64,000 nt of DNA, taken from assembly GCF_000315625.1 (NCBI RefSeq), contig NW_005434641.1, forward strand, positions 77,113 to 141,112, in the 5' to 3' direction. Made by a program: the position numbers and the translations under genes. Shown here piece by piece: positions 11,102 through 25,524 of the stretch (position 1 is the stretch's first letter; the number at the start of each line of letters is the position of its first letter). The stretch comes from Guillardia theta CCMP2712 (lineage: Eukaryota; Protista; Cryptophyta). The notes below the pieces were generated by a model. The model made no database searches, was not told the DNA's origin, and worked only from the letters and a program-made list of their open reading frames with translations.

Positions 11102-12642
11102 TTATGATTCCAAGTATATCTACACTAGTCCTGCTATCATGGTACAAAGGGGAAGGGGGCTGGGAAGGAACAGGGGATGATATGAAGTCTCGACATCACC
11201 ATGGCTTAGAAAAAACCGCCTCTGGATAGCACATCCGCTCATGCCGGTGTTTTATGCCGCGTTATAGTGACAGATCCTTCCCGCTGACGCCTGTGATGGT
11301 TGCATGCCGCAGAATCAGGTCCACAGCCGCTGCCAAGCTCTGCAGCTGCTTGTGTCGGCTTGGACATCCATACTTACTGGAGCGCCGTGATTGGTCCTCA
11401 ATACAAGGCTCTCCTTGGACGGGGCGCTTAGGGGAAGCAGAGGCTGGCTCACAATGGGTCTTGCTTTCTACCATTGTAGGACTTGGACAGAAATTCGGGC
11501 CAGAGAAGAGGATGGAGGACAGAGAGCAGGAGAAGGACAGGGAGCAGCACAATATGACACGAAGCTCGACTGTATATGACACGAAGCTCGACTGTATATG
11601 ACGCGAAGCTCAACTGTATCAGTGGGAGGCAGAGAGGAGAGCTGGGGGATGCGAGGACTGATGTGGACTGAGCAGCGAAGGAGGAACGGTCACCGGGTAG
11701 CGCTTTTATGGAAGGCTGTCCCTGCTGACAGTCAGCAGGGACAAAGCTTTACAGGATCGACCGGCAATGAGGTTTTATCTATGATCTCTTCACATCAGAT
11801 CACATGTACCGCTGACAAAAAATTATCTATGGCTGTGGTAAACATCCCTAATCCTGTAAAGCTTTGTCCCTGCTGACTGTCAGCATCACACTGCCCAGCC
11901 CGTGTAATCTCGGCATAAAAGCCACCCGCAGTCCACATCAGTCCTCGCATCCCCCAGCTCTCCTCTCTGCCTCCCACTGATACAGTTGAGCTTTGTGTCA
12001 TATACAGTCGAGCTTTGTGTCATATACAGTCGAGCTTCGTGTCATATACAGTCGAGCTTCGTGTCATATACAGTCGAGCTTCGCGTCATATACAGTCGAG
12101 CTTCGTGTCATATACAGTCGAGCTTCGTGTCATATTGTGCTGAGCTTCGCGTCATATACAGTCGAGCTTCGTGTCATATACAGTCGAGCTTCGTGTCATA
12201 TTGTGCTGCTCCCTGTCCTTCTCCTGCTCTCTGTCCTCCATCCTCTTCTCTGGCCCGAATTTCTGTCCAAGTCCTACAATGGTAGAAAGCAAGACCCATT
12301 GTGAGCCAGCCTCTGCTTCCCCTAAGCGCCCCGTCCAAGGAGAGCCTTGTATTGAGGACCAATCACGGCGCTCCAGTAAGTATGGATGTCCAAGCCGACA
12401 CAAGCAGCTGCAGAGCTTGGCAGCGGCTGTGGACCTGATTCTGCGGCATGCAACCATCACAGGCGTCAGCGGGAAGGATCTGTCACTATAACGCGGCATA
12501 AAACACCGGCATGAGCGGATGTGCTATCCAGAGGCGGTTTTTTCTAAGCCATGGTGGTGTCGAGGACTCCTCTGCCCTCCCACCCACCCCGCGTGCGCTC
12601 TCTCTGTATATAGCAGTACTGTAGATATACTTGGAATCATAA
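11102..12642. mobile_element. Foldback-type palindromic element (non-autonomous) with nested inverted repeats and an internal 22-bp tandem array
   Basis: Outer 23-bp IR TTATGATTCCAAGTATATCTACA (11102-11124 / 12620-12642). Long arms ~11190-11670 and ~11929-12562 give identical 115-aa and 106-aa ORFs on opposite strands. Inner IR ~11722-11757 / 11851-11885. No transposase. Confidence 0.8.
11981..12200. repeat. 22-bp tandem repeat (TACAGTCGAGCTTCGTGTCATA) x~10; the inverted copy has x3 at 11552-11617
   Basis: Units counted directly in the sequence. Confidence 0.9.
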
Positions 12643-14350
12643 TAAAATCAGATCTTATCACATGTTGTCTGGTGAGGGGTCTTATTCTCTAGAGTTACAC
12701 TTCGTAGGAAGAAAGACGACAGGCCGCCATACCCACTGCCGGCAGTCCTACAGGATATTCTCAACACATGGAAATTATTCAGAATGATTTGCGCTGAGAG
12801 GTATGAATTTCATGTGAGATGCACTCGCGTCAAGAGCAAGCCCAGAGCTAATGCGAGCAAGTATAGTTTTTTGAGGGTGCATGAATTCAAAGAAAAGAAA
12901 ACAGTACGAGATGGGCGAGAAGAAAATTTTCATGAACTGTTACAAGATGTCTCTTACAATTACAGTCACTGTAGAGCAGGTTGCCCACTGTCGTGAGGCA
13001 AGCCCCTGGATTTCGCGATTAAAATGTGCATTTCTGCTGTCTCAAGAGTTTTGATTTTCAGATATTCAAGGAGCACCAGTGAATCATTTCAAATAAATGA
13101 GCAAAGGAATTGGAGAAGCTCTGCAATTTGAAGCATGTGTGAATAATGATGTCAGAGGGGAAAACATTGAAACCATCACACCAATATGGATCTGTCTATT
13201 CAAAGTTTACAAATGCTTTACAAGTACGTTCGATATATACATAAACTTCACGGTTTGCATCACCTGCAATGCAAAAATGTCAGGATATTTCTTGAGAGCA
13301 TGGTGCAGGAAGATCATCAAGAATGGAAGCTTGTCTCAGTAACCGTAGTAATTTCGAGTAATCAGAGCGCAATCATATTAATTCTAGAGCAATTTTTTGA
13401 GATCACAGACAAGAAGAGTTTTGAGAGGTGCGGGAAGAAGAAGGCATCCAGATAACCTCACCTTATCGCAATCATCCTCACTCCGCCATTAGAGTCGAAC
13501 AAGCCTTTGCGACGCTCTCCTACAGGGCCTCGTGCGTTTATCGGCCGATCCCCGCTCCTACCGCACGTGCCACAGCAGGAGGAGGTCTTAGTTTACCTCT
13601 TACCACACCCGGGGTTGTCGGCTGCCGGCCCGACTCCCGGGCCCGCCCCAAAAACAAATTGCGGCCCCCCTTCTCTTGCTCAGGTACAAATTAAAAACAC
13701 TCCGTACATCCGACTGCTGACACTTGCTATACCCCTCTACTTCATATGTCTTGGATTGATTCTGACTGGGTGGGTTGTCTGCATTTTAAAAAGTCAGAAG
13801 GCGTTACAGAATCTGGACCTCGACTAATGGTGGGGTGGTCGATGACCCTACCACCCAATAGATCCTATTGAACTACCCCCGGAAGTCTCCGAGGGATCAT
13901 CGTAGCCTCCAACAAGTGCATTTTACAGACCTTTACTTTTAAAAATCCGTGTTTGTACCAGGTAATACGTGACACAGTACAAATGTGGTCAGTGGGACGT
14001 TGCAGAATGACCCCTGCTCGGAAAGACAAATACCACCCTACCCTCAACATTCCACCAGGAATTCGCCCGACGTGCATCTTGTCTTTTGCCCCACCAAGTC
14101 TACGAATTATCTAATGGAGACTATATCAAAATTTCGGAATCCTCGTTCTTGTTGATTTGGGAGTTCCTCTCTGGCTATTCGTTCACCACCCACCATGTTG
14201 TGGCATTCCCGACCACCCCAACCACATGGACCCGACTATCCGGAGTCCTTATTCCGTGCGACGGCGCGGGGACATGCAGAGCAAAGTGAGTTGGAGCTCA
14301 TAGCAAGTCCTGCATATCACTCAACTCCTCTTTCACATCTGCCAATATAG

Positions 14351-17274
<2,924 letters not shown>

Positions 17275-17276
17275 AG

Positions 17277-17375
17277 TCGCTGCTATCGCTAATCTCCCCC
17301 GCTCGTTCTCGTTGCTGCTCGCTCAGAGCAACTTGAACTGTCGGCTCTCAGGAGCGGGGAAGACGATAGCAGCGA
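17277..17375 (+). other. Long RNA hairpin immediately 3' of the TrxR stop codon
   Basis: TCGCTGCTATCG (17277-17288) is the perfect complement of CGATAGCAGCGA (17364-17375). The inner CCCCGCTC pairs with GAGCGGGG. Confidence 0.7.
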
Positions 17376-17377
17376 GT

Positions 17378-17403
17378 TGGCCCTGGGGTTCGCCTCGGGG
17401 CCA
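17378..17403 (+). other. 11-bp stem with UUCG tetraloop in the TrxR 3'UTR
   Basis: TGGCCCTGGGG-TTCG-CCTCGGGGCCA pairs fully with two G-U pairs. Confidence 0.7.
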
Positions 17404-17424
17404 TGGCGGTTGTGAACCCTCGAG

Positions 17425-17494
17425 CGTCTGCTGCTATGAAGATCTTGTCAGAAAGTTCGCCTCACGGCACTGGCAAGGTACGAGCTTTACGACG
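17425..17494 (+). promoter_or_regulatory. Eukaryotic SECIS element (type II-like)
   Basis: ATGA core at 17436-17439, helix II ATCTTGTCAG/CTGGCAAGGT, apical AAA at 17452-17454 (11 nt from the core), mini-stem GCC-TCAC-GGC, GA at 17482-17483. It lies ~170 nt downstream of the in-frame TGA. Confidence 0.88.
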
Positions 17495-18569
17495 GTATCA
17501 CACTGCGCCTCATAATGGCCTGCAAAGATTTTAATTACGTGTTGTGACAAGTGCGTTCAGTAAATTATCTAACAGGCAGCTTGTTGTTTTCAGTCATATT
17601 TCCATCTCCTTCCCTGACTGTCTTTGCAAGCTCTCATTGATTTCAATGTAGACAGTTTGGTCGCTTCAGACAAGTTTTGCACGTGCACGAATCCGACCAT
17701 GAACTCTCGATCAGAAGGGGAAGCTGCGCGTGTTTAACAGCATGCAAGGACAGTTGCAAGCTTCTGGCATGTAAAGATTCCTGGAGCATCATATCTATTC
17801 AAAATCCAGCGAATCATGAGTGGTACCCCGAGTTGCAGTGCTGGCAGACGTGTAATCATGCCATAAAAGCGGTACAACAATCAAGGTGAAAGGTCAATAG
17901 GGCAGCCAAGTTGCCAACCCGACGACCTCGAGAGGGATGAGGTCAGGGATGGCTGCGAATTGAGAACAACCTGACCGCATGGAGGGGCAGTTACTGGAAA
18001 GTTGACGTGGAAGAACAAACACGTGTATGCTTGACTCAGAGGCACGTCCCACGAGTCGGAGCTCGCTGTTTTCAAACTTATCTAAGAAGGAGAGTGGTGA
18101 GGAGGCAGTTGGGGTAACAGAGTTTCGATTCAGTCAATGCTGCGGTGGGGCGTTCACCGGTACGTGGGACGATCTTAGTCGACTGAGGGACGCTGCTAGT
18201 GCTTAATCAGATAAGCGAGCAGAGCCTCGGAGGGAGGGGTAGGAGCAGTTAGAGCTGTAAACTCGTCACAATGAGTATCGTTCGCCCGGCGGCCTCGTGG
18301 ATGAAAGTAGCGCCCACTTTCGTAGCCAGGCCTGTCGGGATGCCACCTGATTCGGAGCTGATTCAGCTTCTTCTTGCGCTCCATAGCGCTGTGGGTACCG
18401 TACGGTGAAGAAACAAGGTGAGGCTGAAGAGTTGAACATGACTCGGAGGGCAAAAGTCGGACAGCTCGTCTCCTGTCCGATACGGTCGAATCATTCAGGC
18501 TGATCGTGTGTGTCATATTCGTCACGCGTCAGAGTTGAAGATTTCTTTATCATAGTATGGCAAACACAT

Positions 18570-19010
18570 TCCGGGAGTCCGGGCCTTCAGCTCGGACGGC
18601 GAGCCGCCGCATCGAGTCGGAGCTCAATTTGCCCAGGCTCCCGGAGTCCGAATCATCAAAGTTCATCAAGGCCCGGGCCCTGGCGGGCCTGGCGAGTCAT
18701 CGGCAGCCATGGCCCGCTGCTGGGAATTCTCTCTCTCTCGGAATTCTTTACTCAAAGTTAAGTTAAAAATCAGTACGAGGACAATCAGGAGAGTCGAGGA
18801 GGCTTTTGTCCTCGTACTGATTTTTAACTTAACTTTGAGTAAAGACTTGACCCTGAAGGAATTCAATTCAGCAAAGGTGGGGGCTTTTACTCAAAAGTGG
18901 GTAGTAGTGTGCGTGTCACTGGGCCGCACTCGTGACTCACGGTCACGAGCGGCCGTCCGAGTGAGGCCCGGCCCCGGGCGCGGCCCGGCCAGTGGGCCCA
19001 TCACTGACCG
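18570..19010. repeat. GC-rich island containing a perfect 39-bp inverted repeat (18746-18784 / 18806-18844)
   Basis: CTTTACTCAAAGTTAAGTTAAAAATCAGTACGAGGACAA, a 21-nt spacer, then the exact reverse complement. Confidence 0.85.
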
Positions 19011-19019
19011 AACTCCGCA

Positions 19020-19670
19020 GAAAAGTAGAGTAAAGGGGAGTAGGGTGGGGGTTGCTGAAGGTGGGCAAGAGGGGGGTGAGGTGGCATAATGACTAGTCGC
19101 AAAGGATGAAAGGGGGTGGGGGTAGTATTACATTGAGGAGTGTGAGGGGTTGGGGAACGAGGAATATGGGGTGGGGGAAGAGGGACCAGGGGGTGGAGGT
19201 AGTGACGTCGACAGTGGGTCCATGATTGGCTAGCAATGTGGGGAGGGGTAGTGATCAATATCTTTACTGGAGCGGTGGGGTCAATGTAGAATCGAGCGGT
19301 TGGGGTGGGGGTGAGGGATACATTTTTACTCGAGACAAGCGCAGCATTTCTGTACGGTACGGTAGTACTTGAGAGGGTGGGGTACACCGATGCATTCATT
19401 GGTGGGGTAGTGTGGGACATGGTGGGGAAACTTGGGCAATAGCCCATCAGGGAGGGTGTAGGGGTCTATCGGGTGAATAGTGAAATATTGGTGGAATGTA
19501 TTGGGGGAGGACACTCTGTCTTTGAAACGGGGTAGGGTGCCTAATAGTAGGGGTAGTGGAGAAAAATTGGATTAAATAGAGGGTGGGGGTATGCCTCGGG
19601 GGTGATTTGACTGGGTGGGGGTTAAACAACACCTGGGGTGATAAATCCTGTGATAAAGGGTAGGGTGGAG
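19020..19670 (+). other. Strongly G-skewed non-coding tract with many GGGG runs (G-quadruplex-prone) upstream of the SulP gene
   Basis: Dense GGGGT/GGGTGGGG motifs and no credible ORF. Confidence 0.5.
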
Positions 19671-19910
19671 GTCACCTGCAGTAAATGCGTAGGAGTGCGG
19701 CCAGTAGGGAAATGGAGGACAAAAGCTGAAGCAAAGAAGAGAGGAGGAGAGGGAGAGGGAGAGTGCATGCAGAATTACAGGAAAAAGACGGCGAACAGTC
19801 TTGGAGGTAGAAGGAGTTTCGCTGCAGGCAGGCAGGGCTGCAAGACGAGCAGAGAACTTTTTTTGTTCCGCTCCTGATCCATCACTGGATGTGAGGAGCC
19901 TCAGGGTAAG

Positions 19911-22900
19911 ATGAGTGACAAGGAGCCTTCCGATGTTGAGCTAAGCACTCAAAACCATGCTGACAATCGAACATCATCAGAGGTCCTCTCAGAGAATTTA
20001 TCGTTCGATGAAATAAGCCGATTCCCCACAACTCAACAAGTCCCGAGCATGTCTCAGTACACGTCAATGGGAAGCTCAAGAGACATCAAGAAGGAGAACC
20101 AGGGAATGGCAATGGCGTCAAGTCAACCAATCACGTCTCGTTCTCTCAACGAGCCACTTCAAGCCCTGAAGATGATGACAGCTCTGATCTCGATGCCATG
20201 TCCGAGATCAAAAGCAGCTTTCAACAATTCCAAAGTTTCGTGCAGAGGTTATGGGCTTCACTGACATGGTCTGTCATGTGGCAATTCTGTCTTGATCGCT
20301 TTCCTATCCTTGAATGGCTGCCCAAGTACACGTTGAACATGTTCATAAGCGACTTGCAGGCTGGTCTGGTTGTAGGGTGTATGCTGATCCCTCAAGGCAT
20401 GGGGTATGCCGATGTTGCTGGTTTGCCGTACGTGGTCGGTCTCTACAGCGGATTCGCTCCTCTTCTCATCTACTGCTGCACTGGAACTTCACGCCAGATG
20501 GGGCTCGGCCCTGTTGCCATCGTGTCGCTCCTGGTAGCTGAGGGGGTACCGGCTTGCAACAAGTTATGCCCGTTGCCTGATGGCAGCCTGCCTGCTGACA
20601 CGTGGCCATCCTGCAACGCTGACTGCAAAGGAGCCGTGTACAACCCCGCGTACTGGCAGTACGCAACGTGCATCGCGATGATGTCTGGGATGATTCAGGT
20701 CGTGTTCGGCCCCCTGCTGGGGTTCGTGATGAACTTCGTGCCCCACCCTGTTATCTCAGGCTTCACGTCAGCTGGAGGGCTGATCATCGCGATGTCACAG
20801 CTCAAGGACATCATGGGGTACAAGATCCGCAAAGGGACGCTGCAGCTGGGCATCTACGACTTCTTCGCACATATCGAGAATACACACGGGACGACGTGCG
20901 TGATGGGGGTGATTGCGATCATCTTCCTCTACTTCATGCGCAAGCTCGGGCAGGGCAAGGTTCTCTTCTTCCCCAAGGTTAAGGTGACGAGGAAGATGAG
21001 GATCTTCGGGAAGCTGCCTTGGCCTTTCATCGCCGTGATCCTCTACACGGGCATCACTTACGGCCTTCGGCTCAACGAGCGAGGGGTGAAGATTACTGGG
21101 AAAGTCCCTGGGGGGCTGCCCAAGTTCAGCTTCCCACCGAATTTCTTTGCAGCAGTTCCCAAGTTGATATCGATCACGATCCAGATCGTCATCATCGGCT
21201 ACCTCGAGTCGATCGCGGTGGAGACGAAGTTCGCCACGATCCTCAAGTATCCAGTCAGGCCTACCCAGGAGGCGATCGCGCAAGGGGCAGCGAACATCAT
21301 GGGGGGGCTGACGTTCTGCTACCCTGTGGTAGGAAGCTTCAGCAGATCAGCAACTAACGCCTCCTATGGCTCTCAGAGTCCCATGTGCAACTTCATCACC
21401 GGGATCGTGATCATGCTCACCCTCCTCTTCCTCACCAACCTCTTCCAGTTCATGCCCCTGAACATCCTGGCTGCCATTGTCATCGTCGCTGCCATCAGTC
21501 TTGTGGACCCGTCAGAAGCTCTGTTCCTGTGGAAGTCATCCAAGAAGGAGTTCGCTCTCCTGCTCATCACCTTCGTACTCACAGCCTTCGCTGCTCTCGA
21601 GCTCGGCATCTATGTCTCCATCGCCCTCTGCGGAGCCGAAGTCCTCTTCAAGTCGACTCGTCCCAAGGTTGCTGTGCTCAGCGACAACTTCATCCTCGTC
21701 TACCTCCCTGGGGCCGCCGGCATCCCAGGGATCGACGCTAGAGGAGACACTATGGCAGGCGAGATGATACCGCCCAACTTAAAAGGGAGAGACATCCTGG
21801 TCGTGAGGGTTGAGGGGGATCTGAACTTCTCTGCCGCATCCTCCCTCAAGAACGTCTTGAGCAGTCAGTTCAAGGCTGCGATCGGAAGGAGAGTCTTCAC
21901 TGCCCTTGTCTTCGACCTTGAGCAGATGGACATCGTGGACACAACAGCGCTTGATGTACCTGAAATTCTATCCTCCCGCTCCAGCTCTCATCCCTCCTTC
22001 TCATTCTGTTTCTGCTGCTGTCGTCTTGCTGCTGTCTCCTGTCTTCCTGCTCCTGTTTCTGTTCTCCTCCTCCTCCTCCTCCTCCTCCTCCTCCTCCTCC
22101 TGTCTCGTTGACTTGGCGACCCGCTCAGGCGCTCATAGTCCTTGTGGAGGAGATTGAGAGTCATAACGTGACCGTCTTCATCGCCGGAGTGCCCCCGGGC
22201 CTCCACCGGTTCCTCAAGATCGACTCCGTCAAGGCAAACTCAGTGCGTCCCTAGAGGAGGAGGAGGAGAGGGGTGGGGAGTGAGGAGGAGGCGGAGGAGN
22301 NNNNNNNNNNNNNNNNNNNNNNNNNNNNNNNNNNNNNNNNNNNNNNNNNNNNNNNNNNNNNNNNNNNNNNNNNNNNNNNNNNNNNNNNNNNNNNNNNNNN
22401 NNNNNNNNNNNNNNNNNNNNNNNNNNNNNNNNNNNNNNNNNNNNNNNNNNNNNNNNNNNNNNNNNNNNNNNNNNNNNNNNNNNNNNNNNNNNNNNNNNNN
22501 NNNNNNNNNNNNNNNNNNNNNNNNCGGGGAGCGTGACTATAGGGCAGGCAATGTGAGCATGAATCCGACTATGGAGGACTTTGCGGTCCACGAGCTGGAG
22601 AGGTTGACACAAGATGTCGTCGATAACGAGCACGTGGCTGCTGGGCACAAGAAGAGGTCTGAGCTTCTTCTCGCCACTTGCCTCCCCCTCTTCGTCCTTT
22701 CCCTGGCTCGTGTTTCTTGATCGCCTCGTCCTCATTCTACTCTTGCTCTTGCTCTTGCTCTTGCTCTCTTGCTTTTCCTCTTCCTCTTCCTCTTCCTCTT
22801 CCTCTTCCTCTTCCTCTTCCTCTTCCTCTTCCTCATCCTCTGCCTCTTCCTCATCCTCTGCCTCTTCCTCATCCTCATCCTCTGCCTCTGCCTCTCCCTC

Positions 22901-23470
22901 ATCCTCTCTGCCTCTGCCTCATCCTCCCGTCAGTCCTCGTCCTCATTTTGCTCCTTCTTGGACTGTTGACCAAGTCGTGATTTCTCCTTGGCCTCCTCAT
23001 CAAACTCTCGCGCCATCTTCTCTCCTCCTCTTTCTTCGTTTTCACTTCTTCTCTTCTCATCTCTTGCTCAGGTACCAGAAGGATCTTGCTCACGCTGTAC
23101 GTTCTTGTCCTTGTCCTCCTCCTCCTCACCCCCCTCTCATGGTTTCTCCCAGGTCGAAGCCGCCATCGTCGAGGATGAAGTCTACAGGAGGAGGTCCAAG
23201 GACTGCCATTCGGACTGCGACCACCTTGATACGTGCGTTACCTTACTTCCCTCCCATGCCCCTGCCCCTGCTCCTGATGTTTCCCTCTTCTTCTCTGCTC
23301 TTCTTTCTGCTCCATCGTCTTTCTTCACTATCTTTCTCCAACATCGCAATCGCCTCCTGTACTTGGCAACCACCTTTCATCTCCTGCCCTTTGCCTTGTT
23401 CTCTCTCTGCCTCTTTGCGCTGACACCCTGCCTGGCAGTACGGAGAGGGAAGAACTGCGCGATCTGACTC
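19911..23470 (+). CDS. SulP/SLC26 family anion (sulfate/bicarbonate) transporter with STAS domain; multi-exon, 3' end uncertain, spans an N-gap
   Basis: DRFPILEWLPKY, DLQAGLVVGCMLIPQGMGYA, GLYS..., GTSRQMGLGPVAIVSLL, HPVISGFTSA, GSFSRSATN, STAS-like VVRVEGDLNFSAA...LVFDLEQMDIVDTTALD. A likely first intron near 19984-20017 joins the ATG at 19911 in frame. Confidence 0.92.
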
Positions 23471-23658
23471 AGAATGGGCGCAGCCATTCCGATATTTTCC
23501 CCGTATGACGGTGGGGGGGGAAGGAGGGGGAGAAGGAGGAGTAGGGTGGAGGAGTAGGGGAGGAGGCGGCGGAGGGTGGAGGGTGGAGGAGGAGCTATTT
23601 GGGGACTTCTGCTCTGTTGTGTTTGTTTATTCTTTCCTCATAAAACAATTTTCGACAT

Positions 23659-25483
23659 CTACGAGTGACAGGACGTGCTGGGACATCCTGACGAAGGAAT
23701 CCTTCTCTTCGTTGTCTTCCTCCTCCTCTACCTCCTCATCCATCATGCTGCTCTTGTGCCTGCCTGCTTCGCTTCTTATCGCTCCTCCAACTTGTTCCAT
23801 TCTCCTCGCTCTGCTGCTCTCTTGGCATTAGCAAGAGCCTGCCGATCAGACATTAGTCAGAGCTCCTCCTCTGCTCCCTTCCCTGCTCCCTCTCCCGCTA
23901 CCTCCTCTGCTCCCTCTCCCGCTACCTCCTCTGCTCCCTCTCCCGCTACCTCCCCTTCTCCCTCTCCCGCTACCTCCCCTGCTCCCTCCCCTTGCTTCCT
24001 CCTCCCCCGCTCCCCCCTCTTGTCTTCTCTCCTCCTGTAAACTTTTCCACTTTGTCCTCCCTCACCTCAGGCTTCGGTCGCAGCTTTACCTGCCATCAAC
24101 GCATTACACTCCTCTCTTCCCCCCTCCTCTCCTCTCCTCTCCTCCCCTCTCCTCTGCTCTGCTCTGCTCTGCTCTGCTCTGCTCTGCTCTGCTCACCAGC
24201 CCTGATGCGCTTCGCCACGACTGAGGAGGAGGAACCTCAACGACGTCCACAATGTCGTAGTACTTGAGGGCCTAGACGAATGTGAGGAGCGAGCAGGAAG
24301 ACATCAAGAAGAAAAACGATAAAGTGACATGGGCGATGATGATTGTANNNNNNNNNNNNNNNNNNNNNNNNNNNNNNNNNNNNNNNNNNNNNNNNNNNNN
24401 NNNNNNNNNNNNNNNNNNNNNNNNNNNNNNNNNNNNNNNNNNNNNNNNNNNNNNNNNNNNNNNNNNNNNNNNNNNNNNNNNNNNNNNNNNNNNNNNNNNN
24501 NNNNNNNNNNNNNNNNNNNNNNNNNNNNNNNNNNNNNNNNNNNNNNNNNNNNNNNNNNNNNNNNNNNNNNNNNNNNNNNNNNNNNNNNNNNNNNNNNNNN
24601 NNNNNNNNNNNNNNNNNNNNNNNNNNNNNNNNNNNNNNNNNNNNNNNNNNNNNNNNNNNNNNNNNNNNNNNNNNNNNNNNNNNNNNNNNNNNNNNNNNNN
24701 NNNNNNNNNNNNNNNNNNNNNNNNNNNNNNNNNNNNNNNNNNNNNNNNNNNNNNNNNNNNNNNNNNNNNNNNNNNNNNNNNNNNNNNNNNNNNNNNNNNN
24801 NNNNNNNNNNNNNNNNNNNNNNNNNNNNNNNNNNNNNNNNNNNNNNNNNNNNNNNNNNNNNNNNNNNNNNNNNNNNNNNNNNNNNNNNNNNNNNNNNNNN
24901 NNNNNNNNNNNNNNNNNNNNNNNNNNNNNNNNNNNNNNNNNNNNNNNNNNNNNNNNNNNNNNNNNNNNNNNNNNNNNNNNNNNNNNNNNNNNNNNNNNNN
25001 NNNNNNNNNNNNNNNNNNNNNNNNNNNNNNNNNNNNNNNNNNNNNNNNNNNNNNNNNNNNNNNNNNNNNNNNNNNNNNNNNNNNNNNNNNNNNNNNNNNN
25101 NNNNNNNNNNNNNNNNNNNNNNNNNNNNNNNNNNNNNNNNGAGTGAACCACTGCGGTGCATTGGCTCTAGATGTATTCAGACAAGCTTTGGGCTCCCAGC
25201 AGCTTAGAAAGGTCAGAGCGGCTTCAAAGGTCAGAACAGCCCACGGTAGTACTGACAGAATTCAACACCTCAGATCATAGANNNNNNNNNNNNNNNNNNN
25301 NNNNNNNNNNNNNNNNNNNNNNNNNNNNNNNNNNNNNNNNNNNNNNNNNNNNNNNNNNNNNNNNNNNNNNNNNNNNNNNNNGGTATGGGAAGAGACCGTC
25401 TATCAGGACTACATCGGGCGGCTGCTCCCATGACTTGACTTCCTTGATCGCCTCGACCTGCCAAGAGCAGAATGAGACGAGGG

Positions 25484-25524
<41 letters not shown>

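Noticed and set aside
11981-12200. Regular short repeats resembling a CRISPR array
   Set aside because: The units are contiguous 22-mers with no unique spacers, there are no cas genes, and the context is eukaryotic.
12700-13470. AT-rich segment next to the foldback element, considered as a transposase or viral remnant
   Set aside because: Only short ORFs, with no DDE, tyrosine-recombinase, RT or capsid motif recognisable by eye. A tBLASTx/HMM search would be needed.
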